A stretch of DNA of 64,000 nucleotides from Eledone cirrhosa. Taxonomy: Eukaryota. The stretch is taken from positions 93,496,001 to 93,560,000 of the forward strand of contig OZ024742.1 in NCBI GenBank assembly GCA_964016885.1. The letters are read 5' to 3'. Numbering within the stretch: the stretch's first letter is position 1; each line of letters opens with the position of its first letter. Below the pieces are notes generated by a model that worked only from the letters and a program-made list of their open reading frames with translations, made no database searches and was not told the origin of the DNA. Shown piece by piece: positions 1 to 15,533 of the stretch. A program made the position numbers and the translations under genes.

Positions 1-163
1 TGGTCTGAGTTCAAATCCTGCTGAGGTTAGCTTTGCCTTTCATCTTCACTGTGTCGATAAAATAAAGTACCAGTCACGCACTGGGGTCGTTTAATCAAAT
101 TCTCCTCCCCTTCAAAATGTTATCCTTGTGCCTAAATCAGAAACCATTATTATTATTATTATT
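1..163 (+). mobile_element. tRNA-derived SINE (Meta/Deu-like central domain), 5' part cut by window edge, (ATT)n tail
   Basis: B-box-like GAGTTCAAATCC then CTTTGCCTTTCATC...GTCGATAAAATAAAGTACCAGT, a motif that recurs more than 10 times in the window. Confidence 0.8.
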
Positions 164-194
164 GTAAGGATGAAGGCAAGGTTGACCTCGGCGG

Positions 195-318
195 GAGTTC
201 AAATCCCGCCAAGGTCAACTTTGCCTTTCATCCTTATGGGGTCGATAAAATAAAGTACCAGTAATGTACTGGCTAATTGCTGGCCTTGTGCCAAAAGTAG
301 AAACAATTATTATTATTA
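195..318 (+). mobile_element. SINE, same family, ending in (ATT)n
   Basis: GAGTTCAAATCCCGCCAAGGTCAACTTTGCCTTTCATCC...GTCGATAAAATAAAGTACCAGT; an inverted fragment of the same SINE precedes it at about 165-195. Confidence 0.8.
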
Positions 319-1862
319 TTGGAAAAGTCAGTGGGCTTGCAGCTCGGAACCTGGAGAGGCAAGCCTATGCCATCCAACAGCGTCGTGGGGCGCTGGACAG
401 ACGGACCGGTAAAGTTGCTCGGAGTTTGGTTCGGACCAGACCTCCAGGTGGCAAGGAATTGGGTCGAGGTAACGAGCAGAGTAGCCAGTCTCACCCAAAA
501 ATGGGCTGGGAGGAAGGTATCACTGAATGGTTGCACGGAGATGGCGAATGCGTACATCGCGTCCGTCATCTACTACCGCCTGACCGTCGTGCCTTGCCCC
601 CGTCCGCACCTCGTCAAGTTAGAACGGCTCCTCTTCAAATTCTTGTGGAAAGGACAAGTTCCGTTGGTGAGGCGGTCCTCTGCTGCCAGTACCCTCAACG
701 TGGAGGGCTGGGCATGCCCTGGCTAATGATGCGCAGACATGCGTTGAGGTTGCGACATCTCCAGATATTCTGCCTCAACGGTGAACAGGTGTGGTCACCG
801 TTTATCAGACAGGCCTTTCCGCAGCTCATTTCTTTGACTCAGCTGCAGTCCTGGGTCAAGAAGAGATCGAGACTGGGTGACTGGCACCTGGAATGTTACC
901 AAGCACTCACTGCCCTCTACCAAGCAGGCAATGCGATCAGTGGAACTTCTTCCACTCTTGGGTTCTATAGAGAATTAGTGGTGGGCAAGTGTGATGACGC
1001 ACTCGGAGACCTTTGGGCCTCGACGAAGTCGAACTGACCAGTCTGTACCAGAGGACTTTCGAGCCGGGGACGATGGACAATTTCCAGAAATCCCTCGCTT
1101 GGCAGTGCTACCGGGGGGCACTGCCGGTTCGGGATAAACTCTACAGGCACGGAAGTGCTATCAGACGGACCTGCCCAAGATGTGCACAAAGCGACGAAAC
1201 CGTTCTGCACGCAATTGTCCAATATCCGTGCATTACTGACTTGTGGAGTTATGTCGAAAAGCTACTGTCGCATGTGGGATGGATCCAGCTATCGGCCGAG
1301 TCCATAGTGAAGATTGACCCGCTGCCTTCCTTAGGTCAGGAAGAGCAGGCAATTTTCCTGTCTGGTGGCCGTTGCGAAAGAGGTTATATGGTGGACCAGA
1401 TTAAAAGGACTGAAGACAGACACTTTTCTCTTCGGCCAATCCCTCATCAACTTCTTCAAGTTTCACCTGGAAAGGAAGGTGAGGGTGGAGAGAGAAGTGC
1501 TGCCCCCCAGTACATTTGCTAAAAGGTGGATGAATGTGGCGAGAATGGCCCTTGTGAATGGGCCTACTCTGACCATGCACCTATAGGCTAGCTAACTTGA
1601 GGAGAAGGGTGCTCTCCCTGGGTGCCCTAGAAGCGCAGGGTGATTCAGGATTGGTGGGGTACCTGAGTCACCCCTGGGTCGTCCAGCCCCTATAGGGGAA
1701 TTGATTTTGTTATATTTATGCATAGTTTATTTTATATTTTTATATCTTCATTGTTAAATTAGTCTTGCCATTGTGCACTTTTACTCAACCTTATTGTAAA
1801 CCCCCACTGCACCTGTCTTTGTATTGTCCCCTACATGTCGGCCCTATGGCCAATAAATGAAA

Positions 1863-1863
<1 letters not shown>
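319..1863 (+). mobile_element. 5'-truncated Tx1/L1-clade LINE (RT thumb, zf-RVT C-terminus, 3' UTR), frameshifted
   Basis: Peptides VKLLGVWFG, KWAGRKVSLNG, LFKFLWKG, RGGLGMP, AWQCYRGALPVRDKL...CPRC..SDETVLHA; AATAAA near 1851 then (ATT)n. Confidence 0.85.
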
Positions 1864-1932
<69 letters not shown>

Positions 1933-2062
1933 CATTATTATTATAATCATCACCATCATCATCCTCATCGTGATCATCACCACCAACATCTTTATCATCA
2001 TTAATATTATTATTAATGATACCATCACCATTATCACTACCACCACCACCACCACCACCACC

Positions 2063-2094
<32 letters not shown>

Positions 2095-2200
2095 CACCAG
2101 CCACAACCTCCAGCAACACCACCAGCACCAGCACTACCCACAACCAGTAGAACCAGCAACACCCACCAGCACCACCAGCTGCTTAGTAACTATTATCACC
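1864..2200. repeat. compound trinucleotide microsatellite (ATT)n/(ATC)n/(ACC)n/(AAC)n
   Basis: Directly visible. Confidence 0.95.
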
Positions 2201-2214
2201 AATGACCCTTTAAC

Positions 2215-2405
2215 CAAGGCTAGATTAAGTTCTTTTGAGACTCTAACCACTTAAAAGATTATGGTGCCCCACTCCCATATATGAAGTATGAAAACAATTT
2301 TTTTTTTTGGAATGACAAATACATTTAATTTGAATAAAATGGTGGCTCTCTTCCCTTGGTGCCCTAAGCATATGTTTGTTTTGCTTAATATTTAATCCAA
2401 CCCTG
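2215..2405. mobile_element. degenerate MITE with CAGGG-type terminal inverted repeats (hAT-like)
   Basis: CAAGGCTAGATTAA at left versus TTAATCCAACCCTG at right (11 of 14 complementary). Confidence 0.35.
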
Positions 2406-2998
2406 ACTATAAAACTCAACACATTTCTAACACAATACCAACATCACTATCACCATTCCCAATAAATACCATTCTCCCTTGCAACAGCAGCATCACCATC
2501 ATCGACACCAACGCAGCTCCTACCATCTCCACCATCACTAGCACATTACCATCTCCATAATCATAACAATACCGCCACTACTATCCCAAATATCAGCACT
2601 ATCACATTACCACATTGCCACATCTACAACCATAATAACATCAACACAAACTGCAAATATCCACTCCCCCAACCTCACAACCGCCATAATATCTACACCA
2701 CCACTACCACATTACAATCTCCCCCATTACCACCACTGACACCACCTTGTCACCTCCATCTACCTTGTCCTTAAATCACTAAGCAACCCACACCCTCACT
2801 ATGCAATACATTAAAAATGCCCTGTAGAATAACATTGTAAAACTGATTCAAGAAAAAACCCTTGCATCCCCAGTTCACATGTTTTATGATGCATAACATG
2901 TCTCAATGCACATATATATGCACGTATGTCTGTCTGCATTCCAGCATGCAGCTGCATATCAATATATTTGTTGATTCTAAAGGGAATTTCATAGACAT

Positions 2999-3940
<942 letters not shown>

Positions 3941-5183
3941 GTATACCTAATTTTGTATAGGAAACTCAGGGCTGCCAAAAGAGATACAATTACGAAAATT
4001 GAATCATCTTGGTAGTATTACAGATGCCTCAAAATCCTAGGGTCAAATTGTGTTTAAAATAATACACTCTTAACCACACTAAAAGAGAGATGAATAATAA
4101 ATGAAACAGTTGCAGGATCATCAATATTGTATTGATCTAGAAATGGGAAATTAGGAGTAACATTGAAATATGTGGAGGATAAGGCTGTTGATAAGGCTGA
4201 GTCGGGGATGACTTTGTAATATTTATCACTCTTTCAAGGAAGATGGAAGTATTTCGATGTGATTGTTGTCACTTGACATTGCGGATGACTTGGTAGTGGT
4301 AGCTTGTACTATTCTCTCATTAATGGTTTTAGGTGCCTGTTTTGTCATTAGCATACACAAACACCCTCTCAGCCCTTCTACCTTTGATCCAGAGAAACAG
4401 CCAGGATGTAACAGCTGGAGAGAAAGTGTGGCTATACTACCACTTTACTGGTAATTTCATGAAAGGATCAAAGGCAAAATGAAACTCAGTAGAGAGAGCC
4501 AGAATAAATATAATAATACATTTTAATCAATGTGTTAATAATTGTCAGTCAATTATATTTTGTTGTTTCTGGTTCTATTATCACTGAGTGGTAGTTAAAA
4601 CTGTTTTATTTGAACATATAGATCTTTGATACCAATATTTATGGTGGAGCATGTGGTTGTATATTAAACATGGTAGGGAAATTGCTGAGGGTGAGATTTG
4701 CTATATTTCTCTTTATTGCTTATTGAAGAAAAAGGACTGTGCCCATGAATCTTTAAGGGATTTTCAAAACTCGTGAGGGGAAGTTATTCTCCAGCTGGAG
4801 ACTTGTTTCAAATCTTTGCAACTGATTGGACTCTGCTAAAAGCATCCCAGTGCTGGATATTGATGGTGTTCAATTATGTAAAAGATTTAGACTCTAACCC
4901 TACTCAGAATGCAAATAGCTAGATCAAATAATGCATAGCATCATTTCTGAAATTTTAATGATTTTTCCAGTTCCCTTTTCTTGACAGGAGATTAATTTAT
5001 CAACCCTGAAATTATAACAAGCAAAGTGAACTTTGGTGGAATTTGAACCGAGAAAGCAAGACATCAGAATCAATACCATATGACATTTGATGGTCAAACA
5101 TTGCTGCCAATTTGTCTTTATACAGATTCAGTGTATAGAAGAAATGTAGTTGTTATAAGTTATTGGTCAACCTAAGACTACAG

Positions 5184-5340
5184 TGAGGTAGCAAATTGGC
5201 AAAGCTCTTAGAACGTCAGATAGAATGCTTTGTGGTGTTCCAGCTCTCTGCTCTCTGAGTTCAAATCCCACCGAGGTCAACTTTGCCTTTCATCCTTTCG
5301 AGGTCGTTAAAAAATGTACCAGTGTAGTACTGGGGTCAAT
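5184..5340 (+). mobile_element. tRNA-derived SINE (Meta/Deu-like)
   Basis: TCTGAGTTCAAATCCCACCGAGGTCAACTTTGCCTTTCATCCTTTCGAGGTCG. Confidence 0.75.
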
Positions 5341-5894
5341 TCTTCCTCTATATCTCTTTCTCGCTTTCCTCTCTCTCTCTCACTTTCTATCTTTCTCTTG
5401 AAGAAATCTGCTATACTTAGGCCGGGATAGGACCATATATACAAGGCTATAGTAGAAGTTATTTACTCAAGGGGCCACACAGTGGGACTGAACATGAAAC
5501 CATGTAGCTGTGTGCTGACATTTCTGTCTTCACAACCATGTCTTCACCTGTATATATAATATGTGTGTATATAATAAATGTATATATGAATATACAGGAT
5601 AAAATTCATTGAACATATATACTCTCACAGACATATACATACATGCATACATATGTGCACATTGAGTTCTTATACAATGTTGTAACTGTGTTCATATCTA
5701 CATCTGAAGTGACACATATATAACTTAACATAAATACTACTGTTGCAGCTGCTGTGATTGTTGATTCTTATCATGCTTATCCTTAACACTCTCTCTGTCA
5801 CACACAAACAAAATTGACATTTCCAGCCACTTCATTGCTATGCCACTACTTCCATCACTTTCCATCAGAGTCATTGTATTTCTCTTACCCCTTC

Positions 5895-6262
5895 TCATAC
5901 TACACCAAACCACACAACACCTCACTGTACTACACCACACCACACTACCCCATACCTCACTGCACCATATCAAACCACACAACACCACACTACATCATAT
6001 CACACTAAACTATACCATACCACACCAGACCACAACACTCTGCTCCAAACCACACCATACTAGACCACAACACATCACAGCACAGTACACCACACCACAT
6101 CACAGCACAGTACACCACTCCACACTACATCACACCACATCACAGCACAGTACACCACACCACACTACACCACACCACATCACAGCACAGCACACCACAC
6201 CACACTACATCACAGCACAGCACACAACACCACACCACACCACACCACACCACACCACAGCT
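5895..6262. repeat. degenerate pentanucleotide (CACAC/CACCA/CAGCA)n repeat
   Basis: Directly visible. Confidence 0.9.
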
Positions 6263-6540
6263 TACCATGATCCCTCAACCAAACACATGTTATTTGCATA
6301 TTTATTTTAATTTTTATTTTATAGTATTTATGAAATTTATATATTTTTCATCTTTATTTCATATTTTTTAAATATTTTATTTTACTCTATTTCCACATTC
6401 AATGTTGTTTACATTGGGAGCCACAATTTGTGGCACTTCAACTTGGTTTGGACAGGTGTGTGGGCCCCATTGTAGACATAAACATGTAACCCCACTATGG
6501 AAATTCAGATGAAAGTAGGAACAATTGCAATAAAAAGATT

Positions 6541-6570
6541 TAGAGAGAGAGGGAGGAGGAGAGATGGGTT

Positions 6571-6632
<62 letters not shown>

Positions 6633-6895
6633 GTTGAGGGAAAGAGAGAGGAGAGAGAAGGGAGGAATGATGGATGGGAAAGAGGAGGAGAGAGGAGGAT
6701 GGGAAAATGGAAAGGGATAGATAGATAGAGGGAGGGGAGAGGAGGAGAAGAGAATCAAGAAATAGATAGAAATAAGGAAAGAGAAAGAGATAGAAATAAA
6801 TAAATAAAGAAAGACAAGGTTGGAAAAAGAGGGAGAGGGCGAGAAAGGAGAAGGAAAGAGAGAAGAGGGAGGGAAAGAGAAAGAGGAAGGAGGGA

Positions 6896-6940
<45 letters not shown>
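6541..6940. repeat. polypurine (GA)n low-complexity tract
   Basis: Directly visible. Confidence 0.9.
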
Positions 6941-7572
6941 GAATTTATCAAACATACCCTTAACAATCAAAACACTACCAAAAAAATAAAAACGCAGCAA
7001 CAACAAATAAAACATAAAACCGAAATAGAAAACAACAATAGACAAGCAACAACAACAACAACAGTAATAACACCCTCTCCCCCAACAGACCAACAATGAA
7101 ATACCTATAGAACATTCTGAAATGGAATCGCTATTGTCAAACATAGAACATACATAGAGAAAATGAAATGATTTGCCAAGATAAGTTTTTGTTGATGTAC
7201 ATGTCCAACTGAAAATACCATTTGACATTTAGGCTGTCTTATTTTAAAGAGCCAGCCAGCAGGTGAGTGTAGAGAGCATGGTGGTAAGTTTAAAGAGCTA
7301 ACGTTTGTATTGAATCGAAAGGTCAAACGAAGTGAGCGTTTTTTTGTGGGGGATCACAATGGCTCCAATTGAAACATTTTTCTGCAACTGTAATAAAAGC
7401 TTGTCACATCCTTAACAATTGGTCAAATGTCCATGATGATGTTCTAATAAGTCATAGCATAGTGTAGTGTGTTGGTATGTGTGTGGATGAGTGTGTATAT
7501 TTCTAGGGAAAGGAAGTGGTGGGCAGTATGCAAGTAGACAAAGTAGTGTACTGTATTGGTCTGTAGATATCC

Positions 7573-8070
<498 letters not shown>

Positions 8071-8759
8071 ATTTATGCCTGTATTTGTATTTAGCTCAAA
8101 ACATTCAAACCCTATCAGATCTGTGTTGTTAGATTTGGTTTGTCTTTTACTTGTGAAAAGCAGTGTACTAGTTCAATGTGTTTGTGGAGGAATATATGTA
8201 TATATTAACGTTTGAACTGCAAATGTATAAATTGTATGTCTTTACTTTTACATCTATTGTAGCAAAGTAATTCATGATTCATATGACTAAAAGAAATTTT
8301 GGTATTGTAAGTCTACATATAGTTTTGAACACACAAGTAATATATACACATGTATTTGCAACATACACACACACACACACATATATATATATTATATATA
8401 TATATATATATAATATATATATATATATAACGGCGATGAATTAGTGAATTATTACACAAATATGACCCTCCCCAAGTATAACAATATATATATATATATA
8501 TATATATATGAGATCTTTGGCGTTACGCAGTAATTCAAAAGACCCGCCTTGCCTATGTATAAAGTGAAACCTACAGTCAGTAGGCACCTCTTAACCAAAT
8601 ATACACCCCAATCCACTACCTATACCCTATTCTCCCACTCCCACCAACACCACCCTCTCTCTGTAAAGTTGGTACCACAACATCCAGTCCAAATAAAAGA
8701 GATAATGAGATCGAGATCGTGTAGGTGTCACAACAAAAAAAAAAGCACACACAGTCCAC

Positions 8760-8995
8760 GCTGTAATGTGGTCGTGTAGGTAACACGGTAAAAAGTTCCC
8801 AGTTCCACACTGTAAATGTGGTTGGTGTTAGGAAGGGCATCCACCCGACCAACCTTGCCTCGAGTGGGACAACTCTCGTTTAACACATGCTAGCGTGGAA
8901 GATGGATGTTAAACGAAGATGATGATAATGATGATGATATACACCCATGCCAACATGGAAAAATGGACGTTAAACGGTGATGATGATAACGATGA
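8760..8995 (+). mobile_element. SINE or RTE-type 3' tail with duplicated (GAT)n end
   Basis: GGTTGGTGTTAGGAAGGGCATCC...CATGCTAGCGTGGAAGATGGATGTTAAACG(ATG)n; related copies on the minus strand near 42420-42600 and 43440-43640. Confidence 0.55.
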
Positions 8996-9681
8996 TATAT
9001 ATATATATATTTATATATAATACAGTATATAGAGAAAAATACCACAAAGAGGTATGTGTTCGGGGATGCTATTTCTAGCGGTCTTTCGGTCCATTCACAC
9101 CACCATGGACTATATAATGCTCAGGTTTACTTCTCTTTACAACATGTATGTTATTTTAGTTATCTAATATATTTTAGAAGTGAAGACCATACAGTCGTAC
9201 ACCTGTTGAGAAGCCCTCTGCAGTATGGAATCTTCACTTTTTATGGAGTAACGTTCTCTTATTATATACACATTGTATACACACATACACACCCTTATAT
9301 TAACATACTTTTGTTCATAGTTTCGTACTTACAAGCGCACGCACACACTCTTTTATTTACATATATACACACACACACACATATCTTCTTAGCTTCGTAC
9401 GGATGTATAATAACACACACAAACACAAACACACACACACACACATAAACACACACACGCACATGCATACACACGCACACAAGTATAGCTCTTTATACAA
9501 AACAGTTTTTTTTCCATTTCAAGTAAACGCGCTCCATCATCCACTTTTCTAAAAAAATAAATCATACACAAAACAGTTTTCCAAGAGATGTCAAAATGAA
9601 TGGACCTGTTATTTTTATCTAAAGATATATTTTCCAATTCCACCCTGCCTGTCCCTTCAATCTATCTTATTTCTCATTCTT

Positions 9682-9717
9682 TCTTCTGATGAAGGTCTAG
9701 CGTCCGAAACGTTAAGA
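9682..9717 (+). ncRNA. minimal type-I hammerhead ribozyme at a PLE 3' end (family also at about 45953 and 51622)
   Basis: TCTT-CTGATGA(9686)-A-GGTCTAGCGTCC-GAAACGTTA-AGA; sister copies have a GGAC-TAGT-GTCC stem II. Confidence 0.75.
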
Positions 9718-9804
9718 CCCTCTTCCTGTTATTTCAAGCGTTAACCTAATATATTCCTTCCATATACTGTACTGATTGTGCAGTTATTTCTGTTTACCTT
9801 TTAT

Positions 9805-10896
<1,092 letters not shown>

Positions 10897-11127
10897 TATA
10901 CAAGGGTGTGTATGATTGTGTATAGAAGATTATATTAATAAAAGGAATTCCAACTTTTTCTGATTTACTCGTTTTATTTACAATCCTTTAAAATTATAAT
11001 GATACTATAATGAAATAGTATGGTAGAATATTAAATGTTAAGTGTTAATTGAACAAGTACTTTTATGCTTTCGCATATTCTGTGGTGACAGTCAAGTTTG
11101 CAATATATATTTGTATATATATATATG

Positions 11128-11192
<65 letters not shown>

Positions 11193-11197
<5 letters not shown>

Positions 11198-11412
11198 AGT
11201 AAGTAAGACCCCGACGGCTGAGCTCAAGCCGTTTCGACGGCTAATTCTGTACGCTAATTCCGACGGCTAATTGAGTACAGAATTAGCCGTCGAAACGGCT
11301 TGAGCTTAGCCGTCGGGGTCTTACTTACTCCTATTACCCACTCTACTACCCTAAGTATTGAGTACTTTGGTGCGTTATGGTCCACCTGGTTCCTTACCAC
11401 TTTTCCCTCGCT
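11193..11412 (+). mobile_element. fold-back element (family A) containing the 3' half of an HHR, in (TA)n
   Basis: About 60-bp inverted arms around 11252-11274; GAAA-CGGCTtgagcttAGCCG-TC; other copies at 12377, 40363, 50793 and 56757. Confidence 0.75.
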
Positions 11413-11498
<86 letters not shown>

Positions 11499-11557
11499 CC
11501 TTGCAAGCAGGGCAAAACAGACATAATATAAAAATTAGAATATATATATATATATAT

Positions 11558-11775
11558 ATTCATTTTCTTAAGGGCAAATAGTGAGTCTAGTTACTTTGGA
11601 GTTTCACCTGTTTATCACAGGGTCATCAGATGACAGTTCTTGTCTGATAATCCTGTGATGAAGAGGCGAAGCTCCAGAGTAACAAGACTCACTATTTAGC
11701 TTTAATAAAATGAATATTTAAACTGAACTTTGGAATTGAGTACTCTTTTCCCTTAGCTGTCAACTACATAAGGAT
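11558..11775. mobile_element. fold-back element with an HHR in each arm (family B; second copy at 48930-49135)
   Basis: Plus arm TCTTGT-CTGATAA(11644)...GAAG-CTCCAGAG-TA-ACAAGA; minus arm CTGATGA-CCCTGtgataaaCAGGT-GAAAC. Confidence 0.75.
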
Positions 11776-11795
11776 ATATATATATATATATATAT

Positions 11796-12350
11796 ATATG
11801 GATGTATATATAATGTATTTTGCAATACACTTTATGCTTAATTAAAAGCATTTTGAAGACCGTAAGCTATTGTTTTAAAGTAGTGACAAATTCACTCACT
11901 TTGATCTCAGCAAACAGGGGAGATAAGCCGACAAGACTTGTTTCGCTTTGGTTGAAGCTTATCAAGGCCAACTACCCCACCTGTTTACTGAGATCATTGA
12001 TGTTATATTCTTATAGAAATCTAGTAAATAATCAGGAGCTGATTATGCAGAGCGGTTGTTGGTCAGGCAGAAATTAAAAATTAGAATTGGAGCTCTGAAA
12101 TAGCAATATATATATGGATGTATATATAATGTATTTGTTGGCCTTGATAAGCTTCAACCAAAGCGAAACAAGTCTTGTCGGCTTATCTCCCCTGTTTTCT
12201 GAGATCAAAGTGAGTGAATTTGTCACTACTTTAAAACAATAGCTTACGGTCTTCAAAATGCTTTTAATTAAGCATAAAGTGTATTGCAAAATACATTATA
12301 TATACATCCATATATATATTGCTATTTCAGAGCTCTAATTCTAATATCTA
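11796..12350. mobile_element. fold-back element with U3-A8 variant HHRs (family C, related to 46158-46600)
   Basis: 11796-11972 is the reverse complement of 12137-12313; shares TATGCTTAATTAAAAGCATTTTGAAGACC with the 46.2-kb element. Confidence 0.8.
12140..12183 (+). ncRNA. type-I hammerhead ribozyme, U3-A8 core variant
   Basis: GGCC-TTGATAA(12144)-GCTTcaaccaAAGC-GAAA-CAAGtCTTG-TC-GGCT. Confidence 0.7.
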
Positions 12351-12376
12351 ATATATATATATATATATATATATAA

Positions 12377-12543
12377 CGAAGGAAATGTGGTAAGGAACCA
12401 GGTGGACCATAACGCACCAAAGTACTCAATACTTGAGGTAGTAGAGTGGGTAATAGGAACCAGTAAGACCCCGACAGCTGAGCTCAAGCCGTTTCGACGG
12501 CTTGAGCTTACTGGTCTTACTGGTCTTACTGGTCTTACTGGTT

Positions 12544-12547
<4 letters not shown>
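12377..12547 (-). mobile_element. family A fold-back element with a (CTTACTGGT)x4 slippage repeat
   Basis: Near-identical to the reverse complement of 11290-11410. Confidence 0.75.
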
Positions 12548-12585
<38 letters not shown>

Positions 12586-12684
12586 ATTATCATCATCATC
12601 ATCATCATTTTACGTCCGCTTTTCCCTGCTTGCAAAGGTGGGACGGGTCCTATTCAGCACAGCATCTTTCATGTATATATAATA

Positions 12685-12850
12685 ATAATTGTTTCTACTT
12701 TTGGCACAAGATCAGCAATTACCCAGTGTATTACTGGTACTTTATTTAAAGGCAAAGTTAACCTCGGCGGGATTTGCACTCAGATCGTAAAGGGACGTGA
12801 CTATGCTGGAAAGCATGTCCGACCCTCCACCGATACTGCCAATCCACCGC
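12685..12850 (-). mobile_element. tRNA-derived SINE, preceded by an RTE 3'-end fragment (12585-12670)
   Basis: Matches 30385-30572; 12585-12670 matches the RTE tail at 31897-31970. Confidence 0.75.
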
Positions 12851-13275
12851 TCTTGTGCCAATCCACCAAGAAAGATGGTTTCATTTGTCCATCCCTATTT
12901 ATTTTGTTATATGTATTTCAAAGATATAGCAGTTCTATAACAGCTGCCCTACGTGTTCTCTTCAGACAAAAATCTAAACGAGATGCAAATATCCATTGAT
13001 ATGTTACCGGTCTTACGTGTTATTCCCTTCACTGACCAGTAAGCATATGTCCGAAAATTTCAAGTAGCAGTTCTTATATGTGTGGGAGATAGATATTCCA
13101 ATTGGCCTTGTTGCTTGTGAACTGGCCAGGGTATCATGTTACCAGATTGGTTGCTTAATTCCCAGTAAGGCATGTATGAACTGTTAGTCTGTTTTTTATT
13201 TATTTTTTTTATACTAGATTCTATTCACTTAGATACTCATTCTAATTTTAGATATTTGTACTTTGATATATATAT

Positions 13276-13337
<62 letters not shown>

Positions 13338-13341
<4 letters not shown>

Positions 13342-13757
13342 AAAGAATTAAAGACAGTGTTGCGCCATAAGTACAAACTATATTTGCACATTACAATTGT
13401 TTTGATATTGATCAGCTCAGGGTACAATCAAGATGACAGGGCTCGACTCTTTTTCAACATCTCATCAGATATGTAAGTTTATTTGTGCAAAGACACTTGC
13501 ATATATGATAAGATGTTGACAAAGAGTTGGGCCCTGTCATCTTGATTGTACTGATTGATATCGAAACAATTGTAATATGCAAATAAAGTTTGTACATCTG
13601 ATGTGACACTGATTTCGATTCTTTTAATCTATTTACACTCTGCACACTACAGCCGTCTTAACCGACTTAACCCTGGGAAACAACTCAAGTAAGATGGACC
13701 ACGTAACAGCATTGAATGTTTTGAATAGCACACCATCTGTAAATGTTGTTACACACC
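13338..13757. mobile_element. fold-back element with a long-stem-II HHR in both arms and a unique tail
   Basis: Plus arm TTGCATAT-aTGATAA-GATGTTGA...TGATATC-GAAA-CAATTG-TA-ATATGCAA (13497-13582, 8-bp stem I); minus arm keeps CTGATGA (complement at 13462-13468). Confidence 0.75.
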
Positions 13758-13770
13758 TAACTAACACACA

Positions 13771-14095
13771 AATATTGTTATACTTTGGGAGGGTCATGCT
13801 GCCAATAGAAACACATGCACCTGTAGGTTTTCACTTCAATTTATTATAAGTTTTCTATTGGTTGGTTGGTTCGATAACCGGAAGGTTGTTTATGCATTGT
13901 CAAAGCTCTTTCGTCCCAAATTCTGTGACCTCCTTAGTGACTAAGTTTTTATTTTATGTCTCTCCTTTGTTCTGTCCTACACCATCAAGATGTGTGTGTG
14001 TGTTTATTGGCAGCATGACCCTCCCAAAGTATAACAATATCTGTTTCAACAAACGCTTTCAGATAAGAAATTTTGCGAAACAAATTCAAAAATGA
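13771..14095. mobile_element. fold-back PLE end (family D) with an HHR on the minus strand at 13899-13941
   Basis: Terminal IR ATATTGTTATACTTTGGGAGGGTCATGCTGCCAATA; minus strand GTCA-CTAAGGA-GGTCACAgaattTGGGAC-GAAA-GAGC-TT-TGAC. Confidence 0.7.
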
Positions 14096-14120
14096 ATTAT
14101 AAACAAATATATATTTACAA

Positions 14121-14229
<109 letters not shown>

Positions 14230-15277
14230 GTATATTGTTATTTTTGGGAATGTCAAGCTGCCAAAAATATACTTCAATTTTATTATTAATTAATTAATTA
14301 ATCCACTTCTCAATTAGATTAATAGTGGGTTATTTAATTGCAAGATTTGATTGTCAAAGCTCTTTATATCCCACATTTTATGATCTGTTCAAATGATTAT
14401 TCCTGCTTCGTTATGACACATTTTTCATTTTGATTTTGGTATTTACTCCAACTTCTGAAGAAACTCAGCAAACAACCACCTTACTTTGCTGAAACATCAT
14501 AGCCATGTTGTTTGAAGCTGAATAAAAGAGCATTTATAAATCTGCTCCTTCCCTTTATATTCTGCTGCTGGCTTCAACAGGCCACTACAAAGCATTTTTG
14601 AATTCTGAAATCCACCATAGAAATTTCTTCTCTTTACACCAATACAGACATTCTTAGCTGATATTAGCTCATACACAGATACATCCAGGTCCAGAGAGAC
14701 ACATAGACACTCTAGTAACTTACACAAACTTACAGAGACATGTGCATGTGGATAACACCTGCAAGCACACAAAGAAACAAGACACAGATGCACACATTGC
14801 TATTGCCAATACACAGAAAAACACACACACGACCACGAACAAATATAAACTATGTTAACACACATACCTACATATACGCACACACATATACACACAAACC
14901 CAAAATAAAAAAAACATCATGCACTTTCACTAAATGCACCTCATCCACACATACATAGCAATGATAGAACCAGGTAGAATAGACATTACAATACAATGGG
15001 AGGAAACGTAATAGTACCACTAATGATGTCACAGGTGTGTGATGAAAGAACATAAACAAGAGAAAAGATAGACTATAATGTATATTTATATCTATATTTT
15101 TAACTGTTGGTCAATCAATGATAAACATTGATTGCTAGCTAAATTAACTATAGGGTATAACATATACTGAAGCAAAAACCAACCCAAACCAAGCAGTGAG
15201 TGTGTTTTATTATATATTTCTGGCAATATTATAACAATATTTGTTTCAACACACTATTTCATATAAAAAACCTTACC

Positions 15278-15431
<154 letters not shown>

Positions 15432-15476
15432 CAATGATATCAATACGTGGATACTACCTTTATAAAACCATATTTA

Positions 15477-15533
15477 TTTTATTATATATATTTCAAGGGT
15501 ACCAAAATTTTGGTACGGTCTCATCAGATAAAA
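15477..15533 (-). ncRNA. type-I hammerhead ribozyme, intact core
   Basis: Minus strand TTTTAT-CTGATGA-GACC-GTACCAAAATTTTGGTAC-CCTT-GAAA-TATATA-TA-ATAAAA. Confidence 0.8.

Noticed and set aside
264-1037. 257-aa ORF as a host gene
   Set aside because: It is a chimera of SINE sequence and an off-frame then in-frame Tx1 LINE
4205-4315. Possible minus-strand terminal exon (APKTINERIVQATTTKSS...)
   Set aside because: Acceptor lacks a pyrimidine tract, the peptide is short and unrecognisable, and there is no other support
14451-14520. CTGAAGA...GAAAC possible hammerhead
   Set aside because: Stem I does not close in register with the cleavage triplet
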